A stretch of 64,000 bases of DNA. Source: Antechinus flavipes (lineage: Eukaryota). The stretch spans positions 612,436,001 through 612,500,000 of the forward strand of contig NC_067400.1 of the NCBI RefSeq assembly GCF_016432865.1. The letters run 5' to 3'. A program made the position numbers and the translations under genes. Shown here in pieces: positions 1-10,345 of this stretch (position 1 is its first letter; each line of letters opens with the position of its first letter). The notes below the pieces were generated by a model, which searched no databases, had not been told where the DNA came from, and worked only from the letters and a program-made list of their open reading frames with translations.

Positions 1-1353
1 TTGAGAGGCAGCGAGTGGGCCCGTATTCAAACACTGCGACCCCAGGTGACCCGAGTCAGAGACGACGGACACACCCCGGAGGAAGGCGCTCCTCCCCCAC
101 CCCCAAGCTCAGCAAAGGGGAGGGTCCCCTCCGCTCCGGTCCCTCCCCTCCCCTCCCTGGGTGGGGTCACTGCGGCTTACCGCCCCTGCAGGCACGCAAT
201 CCCCGCAGCCTGCACCCTCTTCCCCGCCCCCCGCCCCGGCCTCGCTCTTTCTCCGTATCTGGCTGTCGTTCCCCCTCCCTCTAGCATCTGCTCAGGCTCC
301 CCTCCCCCCAGTCTCGAAGGTGTATTTGCCCAACCGAGATCCTTTAGCCGGTGGAAAGGACCAACTGTAATACCTCATCCCACCTCCCTCCCCCCTCTCT
401 CCCCTGCCCCACCCACCCTCGCCCCGGGTCAAGAACCCTCGAGAGACCGAGAAACGCGGCCATCCACAGAGACGGATGCTCTCCCTAAGGTCCGGCCCCT
501 GCCTATGTGTAATCCCGGAGGTCTCCCCCCGCACCCCGATAAACAATCACACTTCCGCACACACGTATACATGCCCTAGCGCATCTCGGGCCCTCCTCGC
601 AGAAAACACCTTCCCGCTGCACTTCCCCAGGGGCTGGACCATCTAGTTGCCATAGCTACGGCTCAGATCAGTCATTCACTCATTCAGCGAACATTTATCC
701 AGTTTACAAGATCCAGAGCCAGTGACATCCCCCTTCCCCTGCCTCCCCCCCCCCCAGGGAAGATCTCCCCATATACCAGAAGCTCTCCCCCTTCGCCCAT
801 CTCCCCCGCCAGGCTCCCCTCTCAGCCCCGGGGGAAGTCTTTTGCCTGTCATCCTCCAAAAGAGCAGGTTCCGTCTCCCCTCCAGTCTCACCAACCCAGG
901 TTCCGTCGCCCCTCCAGTCCCTCCAGCCCAGATTCTGTCTCCCCTCCAATCTCTCCAGTCCAGGTTCCTTCTCCCTCCAGCTCCAAGACCCAGATCAGGG
1001 TCCTGGCTTTCTCCATCCCCTCAGACCAGAGTTCCCCTACCCTTCTATCTCCGTCCCTACTGGGTCCCCTTCCCCCCCCCCAGCCCCCAGTTGGGGTCCC
1101 CTTCATTCTTCTAGGGAGGATTCTCCTACTCCTCTAGACTTCCCCAGGTGCCCTCCCCAAATCTCCGAGAATGGGATTCCTGCTTCTTCAACTGTTTCAT
1201 AACGGGGTCCCCTGTCCTCTTCCCAGGTCCCCACTAGCCACTAGATCTGGAGTCCACTTCCCTTCTTCCCCTTGACGGGGTCCCCCTTTCCTCCATCCTC
1301 CCGGCTGGGGTCCCCTGTAGCTACGGGCTTGGTAGAGCCTCGCTCCCTCTCAC

Positions 1354-1381
1354 CCTGTGTGATGGGCTCGGGGGTCAGCAT
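1354..1381 (-). CDS. FXYD7: FXYD7 first coding exon (MLTPEPITQ, phase 1); the rest of the gene lies left of the window
   Basis: cagccATG start, 28-nt coding exon ending at a GTGAG donor; resembles human FXYD7 exon 1 (MATPTQTPTK) and lies directly downstream of FXYD1 on the same strand, as in human. Confidence 0.75.
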
Positions 1382-1760
1382 GGCTGGGCCGGGGGCGCGG
1401 AAGGCAGATGCAGCAGCTGCAGAGGGAGCCCAGATCTGACTGGGGGAGGGGGTCAGACTTGGAAGGGGGGGACTGGAGAGGGACCTCCGGGTTGGGGGCG
1501 GTGGAAAGGGCGGAGGCGGACACTGCAGCCAATGGGGGCTCCGTGGGGGGGGCGGGGGCGGGTTTCCCGGGCTCCCCGCCCCCGCCTCCCCTCGGCGACC
1601 CCTCCCCCTCCCGCATGCAAGCCCAATCCCCGCCTCGAGTGTCTGCGGAGCCCGTGGGCGGGGGCGCCTCCTAGTGGGGGGAGAGAGGGAGCGTCAGCCT
1701 TTCGGGGACTCAGGCGGCCGGACCGGCTGTGGGACAGAGACACGGACTGCGCGGGGATGA
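1382..1760 (-). promoter_or_regulatory. CpG/GC-box-rich promoter and 5' UTR region of FXYD7
   Basis: CpG-dense; several GGGCGG boxes (about 1508, 1550, 1576, 1659); CCAAT at 1529-1533. Confidence 0.6.
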
Positions 1761-1769
1761 AGACTGGCC

Positions 1770-1775
1770 TTTATT
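1770..1775 (-). terminator. FXYD1 polyadenylation signal AATAAA
   Basis: tttatt on + strand, inside the putative final non-coding exon (acceptor after 1882; upstream UTR donor at 1994-1995). Confidence 0.7.
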
Positions 1776-2027
1776 AGAGGTTTGGAGGAGCTAGGGACTC
1801 TGTGGGAGTGGGACCGTGGGCAGCAGTCTTGGGAAACCTGTGGAGAGTGGGCGGGAGAAGAAGCTTAAAGTCAGGGAGGGACCTGTAGGCACAGGGAAAT
1901 CCCAGGGGCTTGGGCTCTTCGGGACCCCCGTCGCCCCATTTCTTTCTCCTCGCTCAGCACCCGCACCCCCACCCACCGCGATAACGACCCATTACCTGGT
2001 CAGCCTCGGCGACTTCATCTCAGGCTC

Positions 2028-2050
2028 CTAACGCCTTCTGCTGGAGAGGC
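2028..2050 (-). CDS. FXYD1: FXYD1 last coding exon (RLSSRRR*)
   Basis: 23 nt to TAG; exon continues as UTR to a donor at 1994-1995. Confidence 0.95.
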
Positions 2051-4953
2051 CTGGGGAAGGAAGGCAGAGGTGGGGGCCGCGCGGCCCGAGCGCCCCGGGA
2101 AATCCCCCTCCCCGGCTCCCGTGGCTGCCCACCCTCCTCTCCCATTCTCCTCCCCCGGCCGACGATCTTCCCGGGGGTTCTCCGAAGCATTCTGAGGCAG
2201 CCAGTGACCCCCCTCCCCAATCACAGTGACCACACCCCCTTCTCTAAGTGGGGCTACTCAGGAAGGGGCTCCGAAATCAGACTCACGGCGGATGGAACTG
2301 CGGAAAGTGCCCTCTTCTTCATCGGGCTCCCCAGTTCTGAGAAGTGCAAGGAAGGCAAAGAGAACCATGTTAGGNNNNNNNNNNNNNNNNNNNNNNNNNN
2401 NNNNNNNNNNNNNNNNNNNNNNNNNNNNNNNNNNNNNNNNNNNNNNNNNNNNNNNNNNNNNNNNNNNNNNNNNNNNNNNNNNNNNNNNNNNNNNNNNNNN
2501 NNNNNNNNNNNNNNNNNNNNNGAGAGAAGGAGAGAGGAGGGAGAGGAGGAAGGGAGGAAAGGAGGGAGGAAGACAGACAAAGACAGACAGANNNNNNNNN
2601 NNNNNNNNNNNNNNNNNNNNNNNNNNNNNNNNNNNNNNNNNNNNNNNNNNNNNNNNNNNNNNNNNNNNNNNNNNNNNNNNNNNNNNNNNNNNNNNNNNNN
2701 NNNNNNNNNNNNNNNNNNNNNNNNNNNNNNNNNNNNNNNNNNNNNNNNNNNNNNNNNNNNNNNNNNNNNNNNNNNNNNNNNGAGAGAAGAAAGAGACAGA
2801 GTTAGAAAAAATAGAATTTGAGATAGAGCAAGATAGAAATGAAGAGACAGGAACACACAGATTATACCCTGTGTGTCTGTCCAAGATAGATTAAGATAAA
2901 AAGAGATGAAAATAGAATCTGAGATGGAGCAAGACAGAAATGGAGAGAAAAGCAAAAGTAGAGAGATGAAAATACAATCACAATACAGAGAAGAGGTGAG
3001 AAATGAAGATGGAGTCAGAAGCAGAGCTGGAAGGGAAGGGATGACAAGGTAAAAAAAACAATCAGCTACATCACAAGTTCATAGTCTCACATACAATCTT
3101 CCTTTCCCCTTTTTCTTTACACTGAAATGTCATGTGTGTTGCATTCATAACAAAAAAAAAGAACTAGAAACTGAATGTTAAAAATGAAAGTTGTGTCAAA
3201 ACCAGAAGTGGAGAAAGAGATTTGGAAAGACAAAAACAATCCTAGGAGAGAGGGAGGGATTAAAAGAGGGGAGAGAGAAGTGAAGGTGGAGAATGGAGCG
3301 CAAATGAATACAGAGAGACAGAGTCAGAGATACAGAGACAAAGAGATGATTCCAAGATATGGAAGGAGAAGAACAAAGTAGAAAGAAGTGAGATAGATGG
3401 GGAGGGTTGAGGATGGCTGGAGACAGCAAAGGAGATGAAAGACTTCATGAAGACAAAGGGGCAGCCCAGGGAATGGTGTGGCAAAGGGGGGTGGGGGGAG
3501 GAGTTGGGCTGGGAAGGGGGGAGGGGAGGATTACTCACTTTTGCTGTTGGTTGAATTTGCAGCGACATCTTCGGCCTGGGGGGAAGGGAATATCAATCAG
3601 TCAGTCAGTCAGTTGGTGCCAGACAGTGGGCGAACAGAGATGATAAAGGGACCCGGTGCCCACCTTCCAGAGGTTTACATTCTTTCCAGGAGACAACAGG
3701 TACCCAAACAAAAGTCTCCCCAGGATGAATGCCCTCGCAGATATGCGTGAGATCATTGGTCCCCGCTCCTTCATTCCCCCCTACTCCCCATGCCTAGCTT
3801 GTCCCTTGTGTTTTGAGGAAGACTTACTGAGGATGATGAGGATGCCCAGGATGAAGAGGACGCCAGCAAACACTAGCCCTCCAATCCTCAGGGACTGGTA
3901 GTCTGAGAGAGGAGAGAGTGAGGAGTGAGGAAGTAGGCCAGAGAGGGGACCGGAGAGGGGGCCAGAGAGCAGGTCAGAGAACAGGCCAGAGAGGGGGTCA
4001 GAGAGGGGACCACAGAGCGGGTCAGAGAGGAGGCCAGAGAGGGATCCAGAGTGGGCCAGGGAGTGGGCCAGAGAGGGGGTCACAGAGCGGGCCAGAGAAC
4101 AGGCCTGAGAGCGGGCCAGAGAGGGGGGTCAGAGAGAGGGCCAGGGAGGGGGCCATGGATTGGGGGCAGACAAAAGATACACACGTGGATCAGTCCTTAC
4201 CATATGTGAATGGGTCTCTTTCCTTCGGAGCTTCTGGAAAGATACAAGGATTGGGGTTAAGGAGATAGATTGGGGGATGCTAAAGACAGGAGTGGCGGCT
4301 CTGGCCTCTAACTGGCCATGTCCCCCAAGAAATGGGACTTTTCGAGACGCCGGTCTTTCCGTCTATAGTTTGGAGGGTGGAATGTGATCCTTTCTCCCTT
4401 TCTGGCTCAGTGGAGAAAAAAAAATTGGTGGGAATCAAAAGGCCTGAGTCGTAATCCCATGTGCCAAGTCCCTCACTCAGTATGGAAAGCTAAGCAATGC
4501 CTCACTCTCTCTGGGCCTCAGTTTCCCTTTCAATAAGATAAGACTAATCATCCTGGCCCGGTGACCTCACAAGGCTGTTGTGTTCTAGAAATGAGCTGTT
4601 GATACTTGGGATGGCACAGTGTGGCTTCTGCCTGGGATGCCCACGTGGCCGTTCTTGTGCCCCAGATTCACTCCTTGTCCCTGTTATGTTTGGTGTGACT
4701 CCATGTTAAATAGGGTTCTCACCCTGGAGGAGGCCGGCTTCTCTGGGGAGAGTCTGAGCTACACAGATAACTCAGGTGTTTGGAGGACCTAGATGTACCC
4801 CACTGGGTACTGGCTGATGGTTTGCCTAGCACCATGGCAGTCTCTCCCCGATCCCCAAGTCGTCCTCTCTCCTCTCCACCCACTAGACTCACCAGCTTTG
4901 GCCACTGAGATCAGGGCTATGCAGAGGAACAAGAGCTGGGTGAGGGGCTCCAT
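2028..4953 (-). CDS. FXYD1: FXYD1 (phospholemman), 92 aa; join(4893-4953,4201-4233,3828-3902,3539-3575,2287-2336,2028-2050)
   Basis: Six exons of 61/33/75/37/50/23 nt with GT-AG sites and consistent phases give [96 protein letters not shown] motif, TM helix and the phosphorylated tail are present. Confidence 0.97.
2287..2336 (-). CDS. FXYD1: FXYD1 coding exon 5 ([16 protein letters not shown])
   Basis: 50 nt, cag/gtgagt. Confidence 0.96.
3539..3575 (-). CDS. FXYD1: FXYD1 coding exon 4 ([12 protein letters not shown])
   Basis: 37 nt, cag/gtgagt. Confidence 0.95.
3828..3902 (-). CDS. FXYD1: FXYD1 coding exon 3 (TM helix)
   Basis: 75 nt, [26 protein letters not shown]. Confidence 0.97.
3936..4150. 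repeat. About 12-bp-unit minisatellite (GGGCCAGAGAGN-like) in an FXYD1 intron
   Basis: Repeated ggccagagag/ggtcagagag units seen directly. Confidence 0.85.
4201..4233 (-). CDS. FXYD1: FXYD1 coding exon 2 ([11 protein letters not shown])
   Basis: 33 nt, cag/gtaagg boundaries. Confidence 0.95.
4893..4953 (-). CDS. FXYD1: FXYD1 coding exon 1 (signal peptide)
   Basis: ATG at 4953; GCTG|gtgagt donor. Confidence 0.93.
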
Positions 4954-5684
4954 CGTCCTGTGGGGAAACAGTGGATCCAGTTAGGTTCCCCCGGGAACGC
5001 CCTTCCCACAGCCAGTGCTGAGCCAGATCCCAAAGGGTTAAGTCTAAGAAGGGCCTAGGACCTAATCCAGCCAGAGCCATCTGGACCAGTTGGTCGCCCT
5101 GAGATACGAAGGGAGCCCTCCTAGGGCTGGGATACCAAGCCAGAACAGAGGGTCATGGGAAACATTGCATAGGGCAGCCCAGGGCAGGCACTGCGGAGGC
5201 AGAGTTGGGGGGACACAGCCTTGAACCCACATGGCAGACTGCAGTTCCCCAAGATAGAGAAGGAATGGGGGATTCAGGGCCCAGTTTCTTGGAGGTCCGG
5301 CCTCAGAGAGAGGAAAGAGAANNNNNNNNNNNNNNNNNNNNNNNNNNNNNNNNNNNNNNNNNNNNNNNNNNNNNNNNNNNNNNNNNNNNNNNNNNNNNNN
5401 NNNNNNNNNNNNNNNNNNNNNNNNNNNNNNNNNNNNNNNNNNNNNNNNNNNNNNNNNNNGAGAGATTCAGAGGCAGAGAGAGAGAGACACAGAGAGCAGC
5501 GGAGGGACAGAGAGAGACAGAGACACAGATACAAACACAGACAGAGAGAATGAGTGAGTGTGTATGTGTGTGTGATACAACAGAAAAGTACCAGATACAG
5601 AGGTGTAAGAGACCCAGAAAGTGCAGTGTCATCCAGAAGAATCATACAAATCCCCCTGGGATGAAGAGACACACTCACACACAT

Positions 5685-6970
5685 ATACTCACAATTACAT
5701 TCACACGCACTCACACTCATACACATATTCACACACACACTCACAACCACACTCACACACACTCACTCACATACACATTCACACAACCACACNNNNNNNN
5801 NNNNNNNNNNNNNNNNNNNNNNNNNNNNNNNNNNNNNNNNNNNNNNNNNNNNNNNNNNNNNNNNNNNNNNNNNNNNNNNNNNNNNNNNNNNNNNNNNNNN
5901 NNNNNNNNNNNNNNNNNNNNNNNNNNNNNNNNNNNNNNNNCACACTCACAATCACACTCGTAATACTCACAATCACATTCACAAACGTACACTCAATCAC
6001 ACACTCACAAACACACACATACTCACAATCACACATACTCACAATCACACACATACACACTCACATACACATTCACACAACACACACACTCACAGTCACT
6101 CACACACTCATTCATACACACTCACAGTCACATTCACACAATCACACATACACACTCACTCACACACACTCACAATCACACTTACATACATACACAATCA
6201 CACACACATACCATGACACAATCACACTCACAATACTCACAATCACACACATACAATGACACATACACTCACAATCACATTCACACACATACACACTCAT
6301 AATCACACTCACTCACACATTCACACTCACATATACATACACACTCACACAATCACACACATTCACACACACTCACAATCACATTCACACACACTCACAA
6401 TTACAACCACACACACTTACAATCACCCTCACCCACACACACTCACACATTCACACTCACATATACATACACACACATTCACACTCACATATACATACAC
6501 ACTCACACATTCACACAATCACACACACTCACAATCACATTCACACAATCACACACACTCACAATTACAACCACACACACAATCACCCTCACCCACACAC
6601 ACTCACACAATCACACATACAATCACATACACACACTCACAATTACACTCACACACACATTCACACAATCACTCACATTCACACAATCATACACTCCCAA
6701 TTACAATCACATACACTTACAATCACACTCACACAATCACACATACTCACAATCACACTCACACACACTCACAATCATATTCACACAATCACACACACTC
6801 ATAATTACAATCACACATACTCACAATCACTCTCACACAATCACACATACACTCACACACACACACTCACAGTCACATTCACACAACCACACACACTCAC
6901 AATTACAATGACACACAGTCACAATCACATATATACACAATCACACTCACACCCTTCAAACACTCACACA
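5685..6970. repeat. Long CA-rich low-complexity tract (CACACT/CACAAT) containing an N-run
   Basis: About 1.3 kb made almost only of C, A and T; source of spurious His/Thr ORFs. Confidence 0.95.
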
Positions 6971-7448
6971 AGGTCACACAGTCCATTCTCAGTCATTGAA
7001 ACATCCCTGGCATCCTGCCAAGCCTCGCCTGACCCTTGGGCACGGGACCCAGAGGTATAAATATCTCCAGCATCATCCTAGAGGAATTCGCCTCCCCGTG
7101 TAGCCATGACAACTGCACCCATTAATTCCTTTTAACTCCTAGAGGGTCGCCCCACCACAGCCAGAAAGGGGCTGCAGCGACCAGCCAGGGGAGCCCCGGC
7201 AGCTCCAGCTCACGGCCCTCCCCCCGCCCCAGCCCCCACTCCTGAGACTCGGTGGTTCTTTGCCAAGGGGTGTCATTGTTGACAAAAACAAACGCTCAGG
7301 GAGTTTCTAGAACAGTCGGACAAACAGGCGGCGACATCTGGGGCAGCGGGCTGAGGAACTTGCCCCGACTGCATCTGGAAGAGCCAGATGGAACAGTGTT
7401 TGTGCTGGAGGAGTGGAGCAGTGTCCAGCGGTTAGGGAGTGGGGCGTT

Positions 7449-7496
<48 letters not shown>

Positions 7497-7640
7497 TATA
7501 ATCACACACACACTCACAAACATGTACTAACACACACCCTCTCAGTCACTCACATACACACACACACACACACACAAACTCACACACACATTACACACAC
7601 TCATACACTCACACACACACACACACACACACACTCACCC
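7449..7640. repeat. (CG)n-(CA)n microsatellite cluster
   Basis: cgcgcgcgcacacaca... alternating purine-pyrimidine tracts. Confidence 0.9.
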
Positions 7641-10138
7641 TCTGACACTCTAGCACACAGCTTGACCCAACAGCCCTGCCCCAAACGCCGGGAGGGCCTC
7701 TTTAGAGCCAGGAACCCTTGCTCCGTCCTCTCCCAGAGTTCCAGGGTGGGGTGTGTGTGCGGGGGTTGGGGGGAGCTCTCCCTCCTCGCCTCTGTAGCTG
7801 GGGTCCGGCCCGCAGCCGCCGGCCTGGGGCAGATACACATCCAGATTCCGCTGTTATTCCCCAGCCCGGGACGGGAGAAGAGGCGCTAACAACATAATTC
7901 TCTCTTCCTCTCAGGCCCCTCTGTGGGCGAGAGGCGGGAGCCCCAAAGCCAGGGGAGGTAGAGCAGAGCCACAGCGAGCCCCCACCCCACCCCCATCATC
8001 CCACTGCCTCCATGCTCCTTCACACACTCCCGTACCGGCCCGGGACATTCTCTCCTCTCTGCTCCCAAAATAGGAACCCCTCCTCCCAAAGCAAAGGCAG
8101 AGCCAGGGGACGGGGCAGATCCTGGGGGGGGGGGGGGGGGCTCAGGGGCTTGGGGGAAGCTCACCCCAACAGACCCGTACTCGATCCAAGGCTGTCTGCG
8201 TTCAGGGGTCCCGAAGGCTCTGCTGAGGACCCCCTGGGCTGGATGCACCGCCCCCTCCTCCTCCTCCTCCTCTTCCCCTCCCTTCCCCTCCCCTCTCCTC
8301 CCCAGGCACTGTAACTGGAGCCCAGGCTGGAGGGAGGCCAGGGGGCGGGGGACTTGGGGGGGTGCGGCCCCCGGCCGGAGCAGGCCCAGGGCCCGTTAGC
8401 TTAACTCTCTCCTCTCAGACAAGGGTGAAATACACTACTGGTGGGCACCCACCCGGCAGCGAGGGGACCGTGGGGCCGAACTTTCTGGCCGTTTGACAAC
8501 ACACATGGGTCTACCTCATGCCAGGCTGATAGGGCCAGCCCAGCCCCCTCCCCAGGCCTCTCCAACAGGAGCCTCTCTGAACGTTCCAGCAGCTCCTGCA
8601 AAGGCCCTCGCTCACCCCAAAGCCTGCTGGGATTGCCCAGGGGAGAGCCGGGGGCCCCTTTCTCTCCATTCCTCCTCCGGGCAGTGTCTGTGACCCCCGT
8701 TGGGGAGCCCTACTTTATTCCAAATGTGCTGCTTCAGACCCCTGTTCAGTCATGTCCAACTCCTTGTGACCCTATTTGGGGTTTTCTTGGCAAAGATGCT
8801 AGAATGGCTGGTGGTTTCCTTCTCTGGCTGATTTATTTTAGCGGGGGCTGCTAAAGTGGTTTGCCCGGGTCCCTCAGCCGTGAGACAGGATTTGAACTCA
8901 GGCTTAATGAACCCAGGCCTGGTGACTGTACCACCCAACTTCATGAGACAGTAGCGTGTTCTCTCCCTCCCTCTCTGTGTGTCTCTCTGTGTCTCTCTCT
9001 CCCTCTGTGTCTCTGTCTCTCTGTGTCTCTCTGTTTCTGTCTCTGTCTCTGTTTCTCCCTCATCTCTGTCTCTCATACTAACACACTCACACACACTCAC
9101 AATGCACACACACACCCCAACGCTCCCAGGCAGCTCGTCTAGTTCCTAATCACTTCCCCGGCCTCGCCGCCCAGCCGGAGCCCCCCTCTCCTGTGGCCCC
9201 CCCTCTGCCCCCATGCCCACTTTTGGAGCTGCCGTTCCAGAAGCCCCTGGGTCTGGGTCAGGCCTCTGCTGCTTCCCCACCCCACCGGGCACCTCCCCTG
9301 TCACCTTCACATCTGGATGTCGGATGCCCGTGGGCCTGGGCACGCTCCCATCTGGACTCAGCTCTGGGGCAGAGCCCCTCACACTCTCCTGCCCCAGATC
9401 ACTCCCAGGGTCACTGACCAATCCTGGTTAATGATCATCTTAATGTTTGAACAGCCCCAGAGAGAGAAAAGAAGCTCTGAGCCTGGGACGTGGCCACCTG
9501 GGTATTAGATCGGTCTCCAGTCCGCGGACCTCCTCCCCCCTTCCAAACCTTGACAAGAGTTCCCCCCACCCCACCCCTTCCAGGAAGCCTTCCTGGATTA
9601 ATCCCAGCCAGTTACAATCAAAAGCCCCCAGCAGGAGCAGAGAGGGTCATGGTGCAGGGTCAAGGGCATAGAATTTGGGGGAGGTCAGAAAAGCTGGTTT
9701 GGATCCCCATTCAAAGCCAAGGTCTACTGCTTGCTATTGACGTGACTGTGAGCATAACCCCTAGAATTCTCTGGAACTCAGTTTCCTTTTCTGCAAAATA
9801 AGGCCATCAAGCAGAATGGCCTTTAAGGCTCCCATGACCTAATGGTCTCAGATTGAATGCGGTGATTGGCCAGGAGCCTCTGAGGGACTAAAGGAGCAGC
9901 AGGGATCTGTCCCGCAGCTGAGACTCCCGCTGAAGGGGAACTCCCTCCGCAAGCCCCCCTTTTGTGTAACTCTCGGTTGCTGTCCTTCGTTCTCAGGGGC
10001 CCGATATGACTCGAGTTACCGTGTGTCTGACTGTGGCTGATCAGACCAGCGGGAGCTTAGAAGGCCCTGACGCCGGGTGGACACAACGAGTCCCGGGGAA
10101 CATTTGGGACGGACTCTCAGAGCACCAGTTGGTAGGAG

Positions 10139-10345
10139 GGCGGCTAGGTGGTGCAGTGGATGGGCGCCTGGCCCGGAATCAGGAAGATGAGTTTTCCTGA
10201 GCTGTGGGACCCCGGGCATGTCACTTTACCCCATCTGCCTCAGTTTCCCCATCCATAAAATGAGCTGGAGAAGGAAATGGCAGCCCCCTGCAGGATCTTT
10301 GCCAAGAAAACCCCAAATGGGGTCCCAAAGAGTTGGAAATGCTAG
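10139..10345 (+). mobile_element. Mar1-like marsupial CORE-SINE
   Basis: tRNA-like head ggcggctaggtggtgcagtggat, CORE gcctcagtttccc..aaaatgag and RTE-type tail gagaaggaaatggca..tgccaagaaaaccccaaatggggtc. Confidence 0.8.

Noticed and set aside
1-579. Pro-rich 192-aa ORF and overlapping ORFs
   Set aside because: GC-rich FXYD7 intron 1; low complexity, no recognisable domain.
2204-2955. ORFs of more than 200 aa spanning N-runs (also 11286-12362, 39396-40367, 56618-57048)
   Set aside because: Open only because N codons and polypurine repeats contain no stops.
5205-6804. Long His/Thr-rich and Cys/Val-rich ORFs in the ORF track
   Set aside because: Translations of CA-rich simple repeats and N-runs; no splice or domain support.
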